64,000 nucleotides of DNA from an uncultured delta proteobacterium (lineage in GTDB: Bacteria; Desulfobacterota; Desulfobaccia; Desulfobaccales; 0-14-0-80-60-11), in the NCBI GenBank assembly GCA_963797235.1, contig CAWCOX010000009.1:205158-269157 (forward strand). Direction: 5' to 3'. The position numbers and the translations under genes are program-made. Positions 38,015 to 48,499 of this stretch are shown here, piece after piece. Each line of letters starts with the position of its first letter. The stretch's first letter is position 1. The notes under the pieces were generated by a model. The model ran no database searches. It worked only from the letters and a program-made list of their open reading frames with translations, and was not told the origin of the DNA.

Positions 38015-40429
38015 TCCGCGGTCTGGAATACCTGAACCGGCCTCGTTTTGAGGGCGTCGGCCCCACGAGCCGGGGAATCGAGCGCGGCCTGGACCTGGTG
38101 GTCAACTGGTGCCGGGCCTACAGCTTCTGGCCGCTCTTCTTCGGGCTGTCCTGCTGTTTCATCGAAGAGATCACCGCCTGGACGCCGCGCTTCGACATCT
38201 CCCGATTCGGGGCCGAGGTCATCAGGGGCTCGCCCCGGCAGGCGGACCTGCTGATCGTTTCCGGCACGGTCTTCAAGAAGATCGCCCCGGTGGTGCTCAG
38301 GCTCTATGAGCAGATGACCGAACCGAAATGGGTCATCTCCATGGGCTCCTGCTCCAACTGCGGCGGCATGTACGACTGCTACAGCGTGGTTCAGGGCGTC
38401 GACCAGATCCTGCCGGTGGATATCTACATCCCCGGCTGCCCGCCCCGGCCCGAGGCGGTGATGCAGTCCATCGTGCTGCTCCAGGAGAAGGTCATGTCCG
38501 AGCGGCCGCTGCGCAAGATCCTGCACCGGCCCGGCGGCACTCAGGGCACCCAGACCCCCATCCTGGTGGACGGCCTGACCAAGACCCGGGACCCCCGCGG
38601 CCCCGGCTATTACGGCACCCCGCCCCGGGGCAGCGAAGAGACGCCGCCGATGTTTTGGGACGCCCGGTCCGACCTGATGTGGACCCCGCCGCCTAACTTC
38701 CTCGAATTGAGCGAGACGGACCGATCCCTGGCCCAGTCCCTGACGGCAAAATTCGGGGACGCGGTGGCCCAGGCGGAAAATACCTCGGACATGCTCACCT
38801 TTCAGGTGGCGCCGGCGCGGGTCGAAGAAGTGCTGCGCTTTTTAAAGACCGAGTCCGAGCCCAAATTCTCGCGCCTGGACGACCTGACCGCGGTGGATGA
38901 AACGGCCCGCCGGGAGCGGGAGCAGTACCCGGACTACACCCTGAACTACCAGCTCCTCTCCTTTGAGTCCGCCTCGCGGGTGCGCCTCAAGGTGCCGCTG
39001 CATGGGCCCGGAGCCGGCGATCCCCACCATCACCGGCATCTGGCCCTCGGCCGACTGGTACGAGCGGGAAGCCTTCGACATGTTCGGCATCCTTTTTACG
39101 GGGCATCCCCGGCTGTGGCGTCTCCTCATGCCGCACGACTGGGAGGGGCATCCGCTCAGAAAGAGCTACCCGGACCGGGCCACCGATATGCCGCCCTACA
39201 CCCATTACGACGCCCAGAAGCGCCAGCCGCGGGATGCCGGGGAGTACATGGCCGGGCGCCTGGCCGAAGACCAGTACGTTCTGAATATCGGCCCGCACCA
39301 CACCAGCACCCACGGCCTGATTCGGTTTATCCTGGCCCTCCGGGGCGAAGAGATCACGGCGATCGACACGGACATCGGCTACCACCACCGGGCAGCGGAG
39401 AAGATCGGCGAGCGCCAGTCCTGGCACCAGTACATCCCCTACACCGACCGGGTGGACTATCTCACCGGGGTGGCCAATAACCTCACTTACCTGCTGGCGG
39501 TGGAGCAGTTGGCCGGCATCCAGGTGCCGGACCGGGCCCAATTCATCCGGGTGATGCTCACCGAGTTTTTCAGGTTAAGCAACCACCTGGTCTGGTTTTC
39601 CACCTATACCCAGGACACCGGGGCCATGACCCCCACTTTCTACTGTTTTGCCGAGCGGGAAAAGATCCTGGACATCGTGGAGCTGATCACCGGGGGGCGG
39701 CTGCACCCCGCCTGGTTCCGCCTGGGCGGCGTGGCCATGGACCTGCCCGACGGCTGGAAGGAACTGGTGGACGATTTCGTCAAGGTCTTCCCCCGGCGCA
39801 TCAAGGAGTTCGAGGCCCTGATCACCAAGAACCCCATCTTCGAGGCCCGGACCCGGGAGGTGGGTTATCTCTCCCGGCAGGACGCCATGGAGTGGGGGGT
39901 CACCGGGGCCAACCTCAGGGCCAGCGGCCTGGAGTGGGACCTCAGGAAGAAGATGCCGTATTCGGGCTATGAGGCCTTCGACTTCGACATTCCCTACGCC
40001 ACGGGCGGCGATTGCTACGCCCGTTACCTGGTGCGGGTGGAGGAGATGCGCCAGAGCGTCCGCATCATCGAACAGGCGGCCAACCAGATGCCGCCGGGGC
40101 GCTGGCTCAGCGACGACTACCGTTACATCATTCCGCCCAAGGCAGAAACCCTGACGGACATCGAGACCCTGATTCACCATTTCATCAACGTCACCCGGGG
40201 GGCCAAGATTCCCCGGGGCGAGGCCTACGTGGCCACCGAGCACCCCCGGGGCGAGCAGGGAGTTTACGCGGCCAGCGACGGCCTGCACATGGCTTACCGG
40301 CTGCGTTTCCGGTCGCCCGGCTTTGCTCACGTCCAGGCCCTGCCCCTGATGGCGGTGGGGCACCTGATTTCGGATTTGATCGCCATCATCGGCTCCATTG
40401 ATTTCGTGTTGCCGGATATTGACCGGTAG
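37969..40429 (+). pseudogene. nuoBCD: Fused NADH-quinone oxidoreductase subunits B-C-D, one frameshift (~39005)
   Basis: NuoB: SCCFIEE...[11 protein letters not shown]...PGCPPRP. About 60 aa of Pro/Gly linker. NuoC: ..[17 protein letters not shown]. NuoD: [12 protein letters not shown]...[10 protein letters not shown]. There is no stop between the modules. TTG 37969 has AGGAGG 6 nt upstream; the alternative start is TTG 38011. Confidence 0.85.
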
Positions 40430-40447
40430 GGTTTGAGACACCAGATA

Positions 40448-40616
40448 GCTCACGCAAAGACGCAAAGGCGCCAAGGCGCAGGGTGCGCCCCGGATATTGA
40501 TCGGTGAACCAGATGAAATAAAAAACAAATCCCCCCTAACCCCCCTTTGATAAAGGGGGGGAGAAGAAACGGGAGTCAAAGTCCCCCTTTGGAAAAGGGG
40601 GATTTAGGGGGATTTT
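40448..40616. repeat. Repeat cluster in the nuoD-nuoE gap: an ACGCAAAG array plus an AAATCCCCCC/GGGGGGATTT double hairpin
   Basis: gctcacgcaaagacgcaaaggcgccaaggcgcagggtgcgcc, then aaatcccccctaacccccctttgataaaggggggg...ccccctttggaaaagggggatttagggggattt. Confidence 0.85.
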
Positions 40617-40640
40617 AGGATGCCCAACAGATAAAAACTT

Positions 40641-41135
40641 ATGATCCCAGCGGAATTACGAGAAAAATTGCAGGCCGAAATTGCCGGGGCGGAACACCCC
40701 CGGGAACAGGCGATCAACGTCATGTACGCGGTCCAGGGACACTATGGCTACCTGACCGACGAGGGTCTGGTGGAGGCGGCGGACCTCCTCGAGCTGACTC
40801 CGCTGGAGTTGGAGGAACTGGCCACCTTTTACGACTTCATCTACCGCCGGCCGGTGGGCAAATATGTCATCCACGTGTGCGACGGGGTGGTCTGCTGGAT
40901 GTTCCACGAAAACTGCGTGTTCGATTATCTCAGCCAGAAGCTGGGAGTCGGTGCGGGGGAGGTTTCGGCGGACGGCTGGTTCACGGTGCTGCCCACGGCC
41001 TGCATCGGCTACTGTGACCACGCCCCGGCCATGCTGATCAACGGCAAGATGTACGGCCCGCTCACGCCGGAGCTGATCGACGAGATTTTGGAGAAATTAA
41101 AGACCGAATACTGTGACCTGGTGGTCTGTAAGTGA
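40641..41135 (+). CDS. nuoE: NADH-quinone oxidoreductase subunit E (24 kDa, 2Fe-2S)
   Basis: VCDGVVC...ACIGYCDHAPAM Cys ligand pattern. Confidence 0.9.
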   Translation: MIPAELREKLQAEIAGAEHPREQAINVMYAVQGHYGYLTDEGLVEAADLLELTPLELEELATFYDFIYRRPVGKYVIHVCDGVVCWMFHENCVFDYLSQKLGVGAGEVSADGWFTVLPTACIGYCDHAPAMLINGKMYGPLTPELIDEILEKLKTEYCDLVVCK

Positions 41136-41148
41136 ACAGAATCGTTCA

Positions 41149-41225
41149 GACCGGGGACGGGAGACGGAGGACTGGGGCAAAACCTCGGTCCCCGGCGCAC
41201 CAGGATGGCGGGCGAGACGCCCGCC
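41149..41225. repeat. Repeat cluster in the nuoE-nuoF gap: a GGGAGACGG array hairpin plus a GGCGGGCG hairpin
   Basis: gaccggggacgggagacggaggac...cctcggtccccggc (sibling at 53011-53070), then ggcgggcg-aga-cgcccgcc. Confidence 0.8.
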
Positions 41226-41275
41226 CCATTGCACCGAGGCCGGCCCCACCAGTTATGGTTGAGCCGTAGCTCAGA

Positions 41276-42588
41276 ATGGACCCTATGACTGAAGAAGTCC
41301 TGTTCAAAAACCGCCGGCCCGACCGCCCTGCCACTATTGACGAGTATCGGCAGAGCGGCGGCTATGAGGCGTTGATCAAGGCCGTGAGAGAGCGGACGCC
41401 GGAGGAGGTGCGGCAACTGGTGCTGGACTCCGGTCTCCGGGGCCGGGGCGGCGCCGGCTTTCCCACCGGCCGCAAGTGGTCTTTCATCCCCGCGGATGCG
41501 GGCTTTCCGCGCTATGTGGTGCCCAACACCGACGAAATGGAGCCCGGCACCTTCAAGGACCGGGTGCTGGTGAACCTCGACCCCCACCTGGTCATTGAGG
41601 GTATCATTCTGAGCGGCTATGCGGTGGGGGCCGAGAAGGGCTATTTCTTTATCCGGCCTTCCTATGAACTGGACGCCCAGCTCATTGAAAGAGAAGTGGA
41701 AGTGGCCCGGCAGGCCGGCTTTTTGGGGAAGAATATTCTGGGGAGCGCTTTCTCTTTCGAGCTGATGGTGCACCGCAGTGCCGGGCGTTACATCTGCGGC
41801 GAGGCCACGGCCCAGGTCAACGCCCTCCAGGGTAATCGGGCTCACCCGATCAAGGACCGCCACATGGCCACCGACGGCCTCTGGCACCGGCCCACCATCG
41901 TCAACAACGCCGAGACCCTGGCCTGTGTGCCGGGCATTTTGCGACAAGGGGCGGAATGGTTCAAGGGCCTGGCCCGGACCAAGACCGGGGCCGGCACCAA
42001 GCTTTTCTGCGTCAGCGGCAAGGTCAACCGGCCCGGCTGCTTTGAGCTGCCCCTCGGCCTTCCCCTGAGGGAGATCATCGAAGAGTCGGCCGGGGGGCTG
42101 CTGCCGGGCTCGGAGCTGAAGGCGGTGATGCCGGGCGGGGCCTCCACGGCCTTCATGCCCGCCAAATACTACGACGTGGAGATGGACTTCGAACCCTTGA
42201 GGCAGTGGGGCACCGGCTGGGGACCGCGGCCATCATGGTCTTTGACCATAACACCTGTCTGGTGGCCGCCACCCTGAACCTGATCGAATATTTCGCCCGG
42301 GAATCCTGCGGCTACTGCACCCCCTGCCGGGAAGGGCTGCCGTATATCCGGGACCTGCTGTGGCGGATCGAGGCCGGGGAAGGCCGAGAGGAATTCATCC
42401 CCATGTTGCAGCAGATGGCCCGGCACATGGACAGCGCCTACTGCGGCTTCGCCCCCGGGGCGGCCGAGCCGGTCCTGGGCCTGCTGAAGTATTTTAGCGA
42501 CGAGATCCGGGAGCACATCAGCCAGAAGAAGTGTCCCTTTGGGGAGACCGACCGGCCGCACCGGAAGTTGTGGTACCCGGCGGAGTAA
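41276..42588 (+). pseudogene. nuoF: NADH-quinone oxidoreductase subunit F (51 kDa), one frameshift (~42205)
   Basis: GLRGRGGAGFPTGRKWSF (FMN/NADH site). After the shift: ESCGYCTPCREG (4Fe-4S). Confidence 0.9.
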
Positions 42589-42597
42589 AGCAAAAGA

Positions 42598-42720
42598 TGA
42601 ACCACCAAGACACCAAGAACACCAAGGTTCACCAAGAAGTTTTTCTGGGTCTGGCGCTGCCAGACCCAGAAAACCACCTTCTCTTAGTGTTTCTTGGTGC
42701 CCTTGGTGTCTTGGTGGTGA
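42598..42720. repeat. Composite palindromic CACCAAG-array element in the nuoF-nuoG gap
   Basis: Arms accaccaagacaccaagaacaccaaggttcaccaagaag / cttagtgtttcttggtgcccttggtgtcttggtggtg. Core ttctgggtctggc-gc-tgccagacccagaa. Confidence 0.85.
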
Positions 42721-42729
42721 GAATTTATT

Positions 42730-45226
42730 ATGCCTAAGCTCATCATCGATCAGCGGCCCATCGAGGTCCCGGCCGGGACCAAGGTCATTGCCGCGGCCGA
42801 GCAGCTGGGGATCATGATCCCGCGGTTCTGCTACCACCCCGGCCTGGGATCTTTCGGGGCCTGCCGCATGTGCGCCGTCAAGTTCCTGGAAGGGCCGGTC
42901 AAGGGCATCGAGATGAGCTGCATGGAAGACGCCCGGGACGGCATGGTGGTCTCGACCACCGACCCCGAGGCCATGGAGTTCCGCCGGTACGTCATCGAGT
43001 GGCTGATGATGCACCACCCCCTGGACTGCCCGGTGTGCGATGAAGGCGGGCACTGCCTGCTGCAGGACGAGACCGTCTCCGGCGGCCACGGCCATGCGGC
43101 GTTACCTGGGCCCCAAGCGCACCTACCAGGACCAGTATCTGGGGGCTTTCGTGCAGCACGAAATGAACCGCTGCATCCAGTGCTGGCGCTGCCGCAATTT
43201 TTACCAGGAATTCGCGGGCTACCGGGATTTCGGGGCCATGCAGATCGCCAACCGCATGTACTTCGGGCGCTACGAGGACGGGCCGCTGGCGAGCCCCTTT
43301 TCCGGCAACCTCATCGACCTGTGCCCCACCGGGGTGCTCACCGACAAACCGGCCCGCTTCGTCGGGCGGCGCTGGGATTTCGAGCGGGCCCCGTCGCTGT
43401 GTATCCATTGCTCCCTGGGCTGCAACACCACGGGCAGCGCCCGCTACCGCCAGATGTGGCGCCAGGAAGGGCGCTTCAATGAAATGGTGAACGGCTACTT
43501 CATTTGCGACCGGGGGCGTTACGGCTTTGCCTATGAGAGCCACCCGGAGCGGCCCCGCCGGGCCAGGATTGCCGGGGTGGAAGTGGCCTGGGCGGAGGCG
43601 ATCCAGGCGGCCGCAGCCAGGCTTAGCCACCTGGCGGCAACCTCCGGCCCCGGGGCCGTCGCCTGCCTGGGTTCGAGCCGCAGCAGCCTGGAGAGCCAGG
43701 CGATGCTGAAGCGGTTTTGCCGGACCTTGGGTTGGACCGAGCCCCGCTATTTCACCGTGCCCTCGCAAGAGCGCAAGGTCAGGGCCGCGGTCTCGCGGCT
43801 GGAGGCGGGCCTGGCCGTATCCCTGCGAGAGCTGGAAGCGGCGGATTTTATCCTGGTGGCCGGGGCCGACCCGGTGAACGAGGCCCCCATGCTGGCCCTG
43901 GCCCTGCGCCAGGCCTGGCGTAGGGGCGGGCAAGTGGTGGTGCTGGACCCGCGGCCGGTTGCGCTTGCCCTTCGACTTTGAGCATCTGCCGCTTTCTCCA
44001 GGGGACCTCAATCAGGGTCTGGGTGCCCTGGTCCGTGGGGCTCTGGCTGGCAGAAACTTGACGAATCTCACTCCAAAGACTCGTCAATTTGCCGCGACCC
44101 TGCCTGAAAAGCCTGATCTGGAACCTGCAATTCGTGATCGTCTGGCCGCCTTAAGGCAAAAGCTCGGCCAAAGCAAAAGGCCGGTCATCGTCTGTGGCAC
44201 CGATATTGTCAAGGAGTCCACGCCAGCCTTGGCCGCCGATTTGGCCCTGCTGCTGCGAGAACTCGAGATCAATGCCGGCCTCTTCTATGTCCTGCCCGGC
44301 GCCAATACCTTCGGGGCCAGTCTATTGTCAGCGGAGCATGAGCAGCCATGGATCGAGGCCCTGGAAGCCGGCGCCGTCAAGGCCCTGCTGGCGATAGAGT
44401 GCGACCCCTTCTGGGACTACCCGGACCGGGAGCGCCTGGCCCGGGCCTTGGACAAGCTGGAGTTGCTGGTGGTCCTGGACTACCTGCCTTCGCCACTGGT
44501 GCAGCGGGCGGATATCGTCTTGCCCACCCTCACCGTATTCGAGCGCACCGCTGCCAGCTTCGTCAACCAGGAGGGCCGGCTGCAACTGGCGCCGCCGGTG
44601 CACCTGGGTGGCAGCCCCCTGGCCCAGGTCAGCCCGGAGTTGCACCCGCCCCGGACCTTCCTGAGCCACGTCCCCGGCGGCGAGCCTCGGACGGCCGGGG
44701 AGATTTTAGCGGAGTTGGCCGCGGCCATGTCCCCGCCGGCGGCGTTGCCGGTCGCAGACCTCTGGGATTGGCTGGGCCGGGAGAGTGCCGTTTTCGCCAA
44801 TCTTGCCGCGCTGTTCTCGCCGCCGCCGGGAGCGCGACTTCTGCCCCGGCCGCTACGGCTGGGGCCTATGCCCCGGCCGCGGCGCCGGCCCCGGAGTCGC
44901 CCCCTCCGGACCACCTGGAGCTGCTGCTGGTGGACTCAACCTTCGGGACCGAAGAACTGGCCAGTTATGCCAAATATATCCAGCAGGTGGAAGAGCCGCC
45001 CCGGCTGTGCATGCAAACTGCCGACGCGGCTAAAAACGGCCTTGAAGCTGGGGACCTGGTGGCCTTGCGGCTCCCGGCGGGTGAACTGAGGGTGGCGCTC
45101 CAGGTGGCGGAAAATATGGCTCCCGGGGTCCTGGTGCTGCCCCGGCATCGGCAACTGAACTGGCGCCGGGCGCCGGATTATCAGGTTTCGCTCTCTTCGG
45201 GCGACCTCGTCAAGGTGGAAGAATAG
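42730..45226 (+). pseudogene. nuoG: NADH-quinone oxidoreductase subunit G (75 kDa), three frameshifts (~43090, ~43965, ~44850)
   Basis: CYHPGLGSFGACRMC (2Fe-2S), HPLDCPVCDEGGHC, NRCIQCWRCRNF, CPTGVL, then a molybdopterin-like domain. Four overlapping ORFs read as one protein. Confidence 0.85.
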
Positions 45227-46218
45227 TGTCGGTCTGGGTCCTGGGCATAATCGTCTTGATCGTCAAGCTCCTCATCGTCCTGGTGGCGCTGCTGCTGGTG
45301 GCCGCCTACCTGGTCTACGTGGAGCGCCGCCTCCTGGGGTTCATGCAACTGCGCCTGGGCCCGAACCGGTGCGGACCTCAGGGCTTGCTGCAGCCCCTCG
45401 CCGACGCCGTCAAGCTGCTGACCAAGGAGGATTTCATCCCGGCCGGGGCCGACCGGGTCATCTTCCTCTACGCCCCGGCAGTGGTGGCGGGCACGGCGCT
45501 GCTGATCTTTGCGGTGGTGCCCTTTGCCCGGGGCTGGACCTTCCGGGGCCAGGAGATCCCGGGAGTAATCAGCGATCTCAACGTCGGCCTGCTCTTCGTC
45601 CTGGCGCTCTCGTCCCTGGGGGTTTATGGCGTGGCCCTGGGAGGCTGGGCCTCCAACTCCAAGTTTGCCCTGCTGGGGGCCATCCGGGCCGCGGCCCAGA
45701 TGATCAGCTATGAGCTCTCCCTGGGCCTCTCCCTGGCGCCGGTGGTAATGCTGGCCCGCTCTTTTTCCCTGGTGGACATCGTCCAGGCGCAGGCGCGTTT
45801 GCCGTTCATCATCTTGCAGCCCGTGGCCTTTCTGATCTTTTTCATCAGCGCCGTGGCCGAAATGAAGCGCATCCCCTTCGACATCCCGGAAGCGGAAAAC
45901 GAACTGGTGGCCGGATATCACATGGAATACAGCGGCATGCGCTTCGGGCTCTATTTTTTGGGAGAGTACGTCACCATGGTGATCCTGGGGGCCCTGGTGG
46001 CGGTCTTCTTCCTGGGCGGCTGGCGGGGGCCGTGGCTGCCGCCCCTGGCCTGGTTCTTGATCAAGGTCTTTATCGTCGTCTTTACCCTCATCTGGCTGCG
46101 GGCCACCTATCCCCGGCTGCGCTTCGACCAGTTGATGGAATTCGGCTGGAAGGTCTTGATTCCCCTGGCGCTGCTGAATATCGTCATTACCGGCGGCGTC
46201 ATTTTGGCGATGGGGTGA
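45226..46218 (+). CDS. nuoH: NADH-quinone oxidoreductase subunit H
   Basis: 330 aa, 8 TM. ..LLQPLADAVKLLTKED.., EAENELVAGYHMEYSGMRF. Confidence 0.9.
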   Translation: MSVWVLGIIVLIVKLLIVLVALLLVAAYLVYVERRLLGFMQLRLGPNRCGPQGLLQPLADAVKLLTKEDFIPAGADRVIFLYAPAVVAGTALLIFAVVPFARGWTFRGQEIPGVISDLNVGLLFVLALSSLGVYGVALGGWASNSKFALLGAIRAAAQMISYELSLGLSLAPVVMLARSFSLVDIVQAQARLPFIILQPVAFLIFFISAVAEMKRIPFDIPEAENELVAGYHMEYSGMRFGLYFLGEYVTMVILGALVAVFFLGGWRGPWLPPLAWFLIKVFIVVFTLIWLRATYPRLRFDQLMEFGWKVLIPLALLNIVITGGVILAMG

Positions 46219-46264
46219 GGCAGCCGCAAGGTTAGCCTGCGCAGGCTGAAGCCTGCGGCTACCG
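46219..46264. repeat. GCAGGCTGAAGCCTGCGGCTAC hairpin element in the nuoH-methyltransferase gap
   Basis: gcagccgcaaggttagcctgcgcaggctgaagcctgcggctacc. Siblings at 58257-58280 and 36538-36555. Confidence 0.8.
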
Positions 46265-46295
46265 GGTCAGGCCCCTGCCCGCCAAGGAGACGGAG

Positions 46296-46889
46296 ATGGT
46301 CCATACTCCCGAGGTCTCTGCAACCAGGCCCCCCGGGGCCGGGAAAAGCAGCTTCGACCTTATCGAGCCGGCCAGGCTCCTGGATGAGCTGCCGCTCTTA
46401 CCGGGGATCACCTTCCTGGACCTGGGCTGCGGCGCCGGCAATTATACCCTGGCGGTGGCCGAAGTCATCGGCGCGCACGGCGTGGTCGTGGCCCTGGACC
46501 TGTGGCCCCCGGGAATCGAGGCTCTGGAAGAGCGGGCCGCGGCCGCCGGCCGCCGGAATATCCGGGCGCAGCTGGCGGACATCAGCAAGCTCGTTCCCCT
46601 GGGCGATCACAGTGTCGACGTCTGCCTGCTGGCCACGGTGCTCCACGACCTGGCGGAATTCGCCCTGGCCGAGGGCGCTTTGCAGGAAGCCCACCGGGTC
46701 TTGAAGCCCGGCGGCGCCCTGGCCGTGGTGGAGTTCGACAAGGTCGATGGCCCGCCGGGGCCGCCGAGGCGGATCCGGCTGGCCCCGGAGGAAGTGGAAC
46801 ATCTGGTCGTGCCTTATGGCTTTCAGAAGACCCGGACGGCCCGGGTCGGGCCATATAATTATTTGATTTTATTTACCAAAGAATCGTAG
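46296..46889 (+). CDS. Class I SAM-dependent methyltransferase embedded between nuoH and nuoI
   Basis: 197 aa. Motif I LDLGCGAGNY, post-I VVALD, motif III-like LKPGGALAVVEF. Confidence 0.8.
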   Translation: MVHTPEVSATRPPGAGKSSFDLIEPARLLDELPLLPGITFLDLGCGAGNYTLAVAEVIGAHGVVVALDLWPPGIEALEERAAAAGRRNIRAQLADISKLVPLGDHSVDVCLLATVLHDLAEFALAEGALQEAHRVLKPGGALAVVEFDKVDGPPGPPRRIRLAPEEVEHLVVPYGFQKTRTARVGPYNYLILFTKES

Positions 46890-46913
46890 GGGCGGCTCGC
46901 GAGCCGCCCCTAC
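46886..46913. repeat. Perfect 28-nt palindrome GTAGGGGCGGCTCGCGAGCCGCCCCTAC containing the methyltransferase stop codon
   Basis: Read directly. It is a perfect 14+14 nt palindrome. A related copy lies at 48467-48490. Confidence 0.9.
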
Positions 46914-46928
46914 AGGGGACGAGGAGCA

Positions 46929-47501
46929 ATGCCGGAAGTCAAAGACCCCGGACGGGGTCGGCCTAATATCTTGAGGGTGGTGGGCCGGGGCGTCGCCGGG
47001 CTGTGGCAGGGGCTGATGATGGTGCTGCGTCACCTGGGACGGCGGCCGGTCACCGAGCAATATCCCGAGTACAAGCGCTTCCTGCCGGAGCGGGCCCGGG
47101 CCCGGATCATCCTCACCCGGGACCCGGACGGCGAGGAACGCTGCGTCGCCTGCTTCCTGTGCTCGGCGGTCTGCCCCACCAGTTGCATCTCCATGGTCTG
47201 CGGCGAACGGGGCGGCCGGCGTTTCGCCCCCTGGTTCCGGATCAATTTCGCCCGCTGCATATACTGCGGCCTGTGCGAGGAGGCCTGCCCCACCCTGGCC
47301 ATCCAGCTCACACCTTTTTACGAGTTTTGCGAGCCCGACATCCTGGCCATGGTGGCGGAGAAGAAAGACCTGCTGATGGACCATGGCGGCAAGAACCGCG
47401 AATACAACTTTTACCGCTTTGCCGGGGTGGCCATGGTGGGCGGCAAGGGCAGCCATGTCGACGAGGCCGCCCCGGTGGACCTGAAGAGCAATCTGCCCTG
47501 A
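46929..47501 (+). CDS. nuoI: NADH-quinone oxidoreductase subunit I (2x 4Fe-4S)
   Basis: CVACFLCSAVCP and CIYCGLCEEACP. Confidence 0.9.
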   Translation: MPEVKDPGRGRPNILRVVGRGVAGLWQGLMMVLRHLGRRPVTEQYPEYKRFLPERARARIILTRDPDGEERCVACFLCSAVCPTSCISMVCGERGGRRFAPWFRINFARCIYCGLCEEACPTLAIQLTPFYEFCEPDILAMVAEKKDLLMDHGGKNREYNFYRFAGVAMVGGKGSHVDEAAPVDLKSNLP

Positions 47502-47502
47502 A

Positions 47503-47540
47503 GGCAGTGGCCAGTGGTCAGTAGTCAGTAAAAACCAAAG
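47503..47540. repeat. CAGTGGYCAGT array ending ..AGTAAAAACCAAAG in the nuoI-nuoJ gap
   Basis: ggcagtggccagtggtcagtagtcagtaaaaaccaaag. Confidence 0.8.
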
Positions 47541-47565
47541 TGGGTGGACAAAAGGCTTAAAAAGC

Positions 47566-48064
47566 CATGAATCTGTACGCCGTGATCTTTTACATATTGG
47601 CCGCCTCATCCTGGTGAGCACCGCCCTGGCCGTGACCCGGCGTAATCTGATGCACGCCATCGTCTATCTGGTGCTCTCTTTTTTTGGCACGGCGCTGCTC
47701 TTTTATCTGCTGGGGGCGCCGTTTCTGGCGGTCCTGGAGGTGATCATCTACGCCGGGGCCATCATGGTGCTGTTTCTGTTCATCGTCATGATGCTGGAGG
47801 TCCGGGCCTCGGAGGAGCCGATCGGCGCCTATCTGCTCAGATGGTTGCCCGCCGCGGTTTTGGGAGCCCTGAGTCTGGCCGCGGCCTTCGTGTTGATCAT
47901 GTTCAAGTCCGGCCACAGCCTGCCGCTGCCCTTGGCCGCGGCGTCGCCCCTGGAATTCGGGCCGGTTTCTGTTCCAGAGGTACTGGTTTTCGGTGGAGAT
48001 CGTCTCCTTTCTGCTCTTTGTGGCCCTGGTGGGGGCCTTGTATTTGGGGCGAAGGGAGGAATAG
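47566..48064 (+). pseudogene. nuoJ: NADH-quinone oxidoreductase subunit J, two frameshifts (~47600, ~47965)
   Basis: MNLYAVIFYILAA | LVSTALAVTRRNLMHAIVYLVLSF... | ..FQRYWFSVEIVSFLLFVALVGALYLGRREE* is reconstructed from three frames. Confidence 0.8.
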
Positions 48065-48080
48065 GGGCGTTAGGGACTAA

Positions 48081-48101
48081 GGGCGAACACAAGGTTCGCC
48101 C
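48081..48101. repeat. GGGCGAAC/GTTCGCCC hairpin in the nuoJ-nuoK gap
   Basis: gggcgaac-acaag-gttcgccc, followed by ctac. Confidence 0.7.
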
Positions 48102-48113
48102 CTACGGGAAATT

Positions 48114-48425
48114 ATGAACACTATCGTTCCATATAGTCACGTGCTGGTTCTGGCCGGGGCCGTCTTTTTCCTGGGCGCGGCCTGCGCGGTGGCCCGGCGC
48201 AATCTGGTGATGATCCTCATCGGCGTCGAGGTGATGCTGAACGCCGCCGGGGTGGCCCTGGTGGCCGCCTCACTGCGCTGGCAGCAGTTGGACGGCCAGG
48301 CGCTGGTGATCTTCATCATGTGCGTGGCCGCGTCCGAAGTGGCCGTGGGCCTGGCCCTCATCGTCTATTCCCACCGGCGCACCGGCACCCTGGATGCCGA
48401 CCGCTATAATCTGATGAAGGGCTAA
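48114..48425 (+). CDS. nuoK: NADH-quinone oxidoreductase subunit K
   Basis: 103 aa, 3 TM. ..MLNAAGVALVAAS.., AASEVAVGLALIV. Confidence 0.9.
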   Translation: MNTIVPYSHVLVLAGAVFFLGAACAVARRNLVMILIGVEVMLNAAGVALVAASLRWQQLDGQALVIFIMCVAASEVAVGLALIVYSHRRTGTLDADRYNLMKG

Positions 48426-48466
48426 AGATTCATGGCGAAGGTCGGTTAGTCCCGAGGATTAAGATC

Positions 48467-48486
48467 GGGCGGCTCGAGAGCCGCCC
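48467..48486. repeat. GGGCGGCTC/GAGCCGCCC hairpin in the nuoK-nuoL gap
   Basis: gggcggctc-ga-gagccgccc, followed by ctac. Confidence 0.75.
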
Positions 48487-48499
48487 CTACAAAGGTAAA

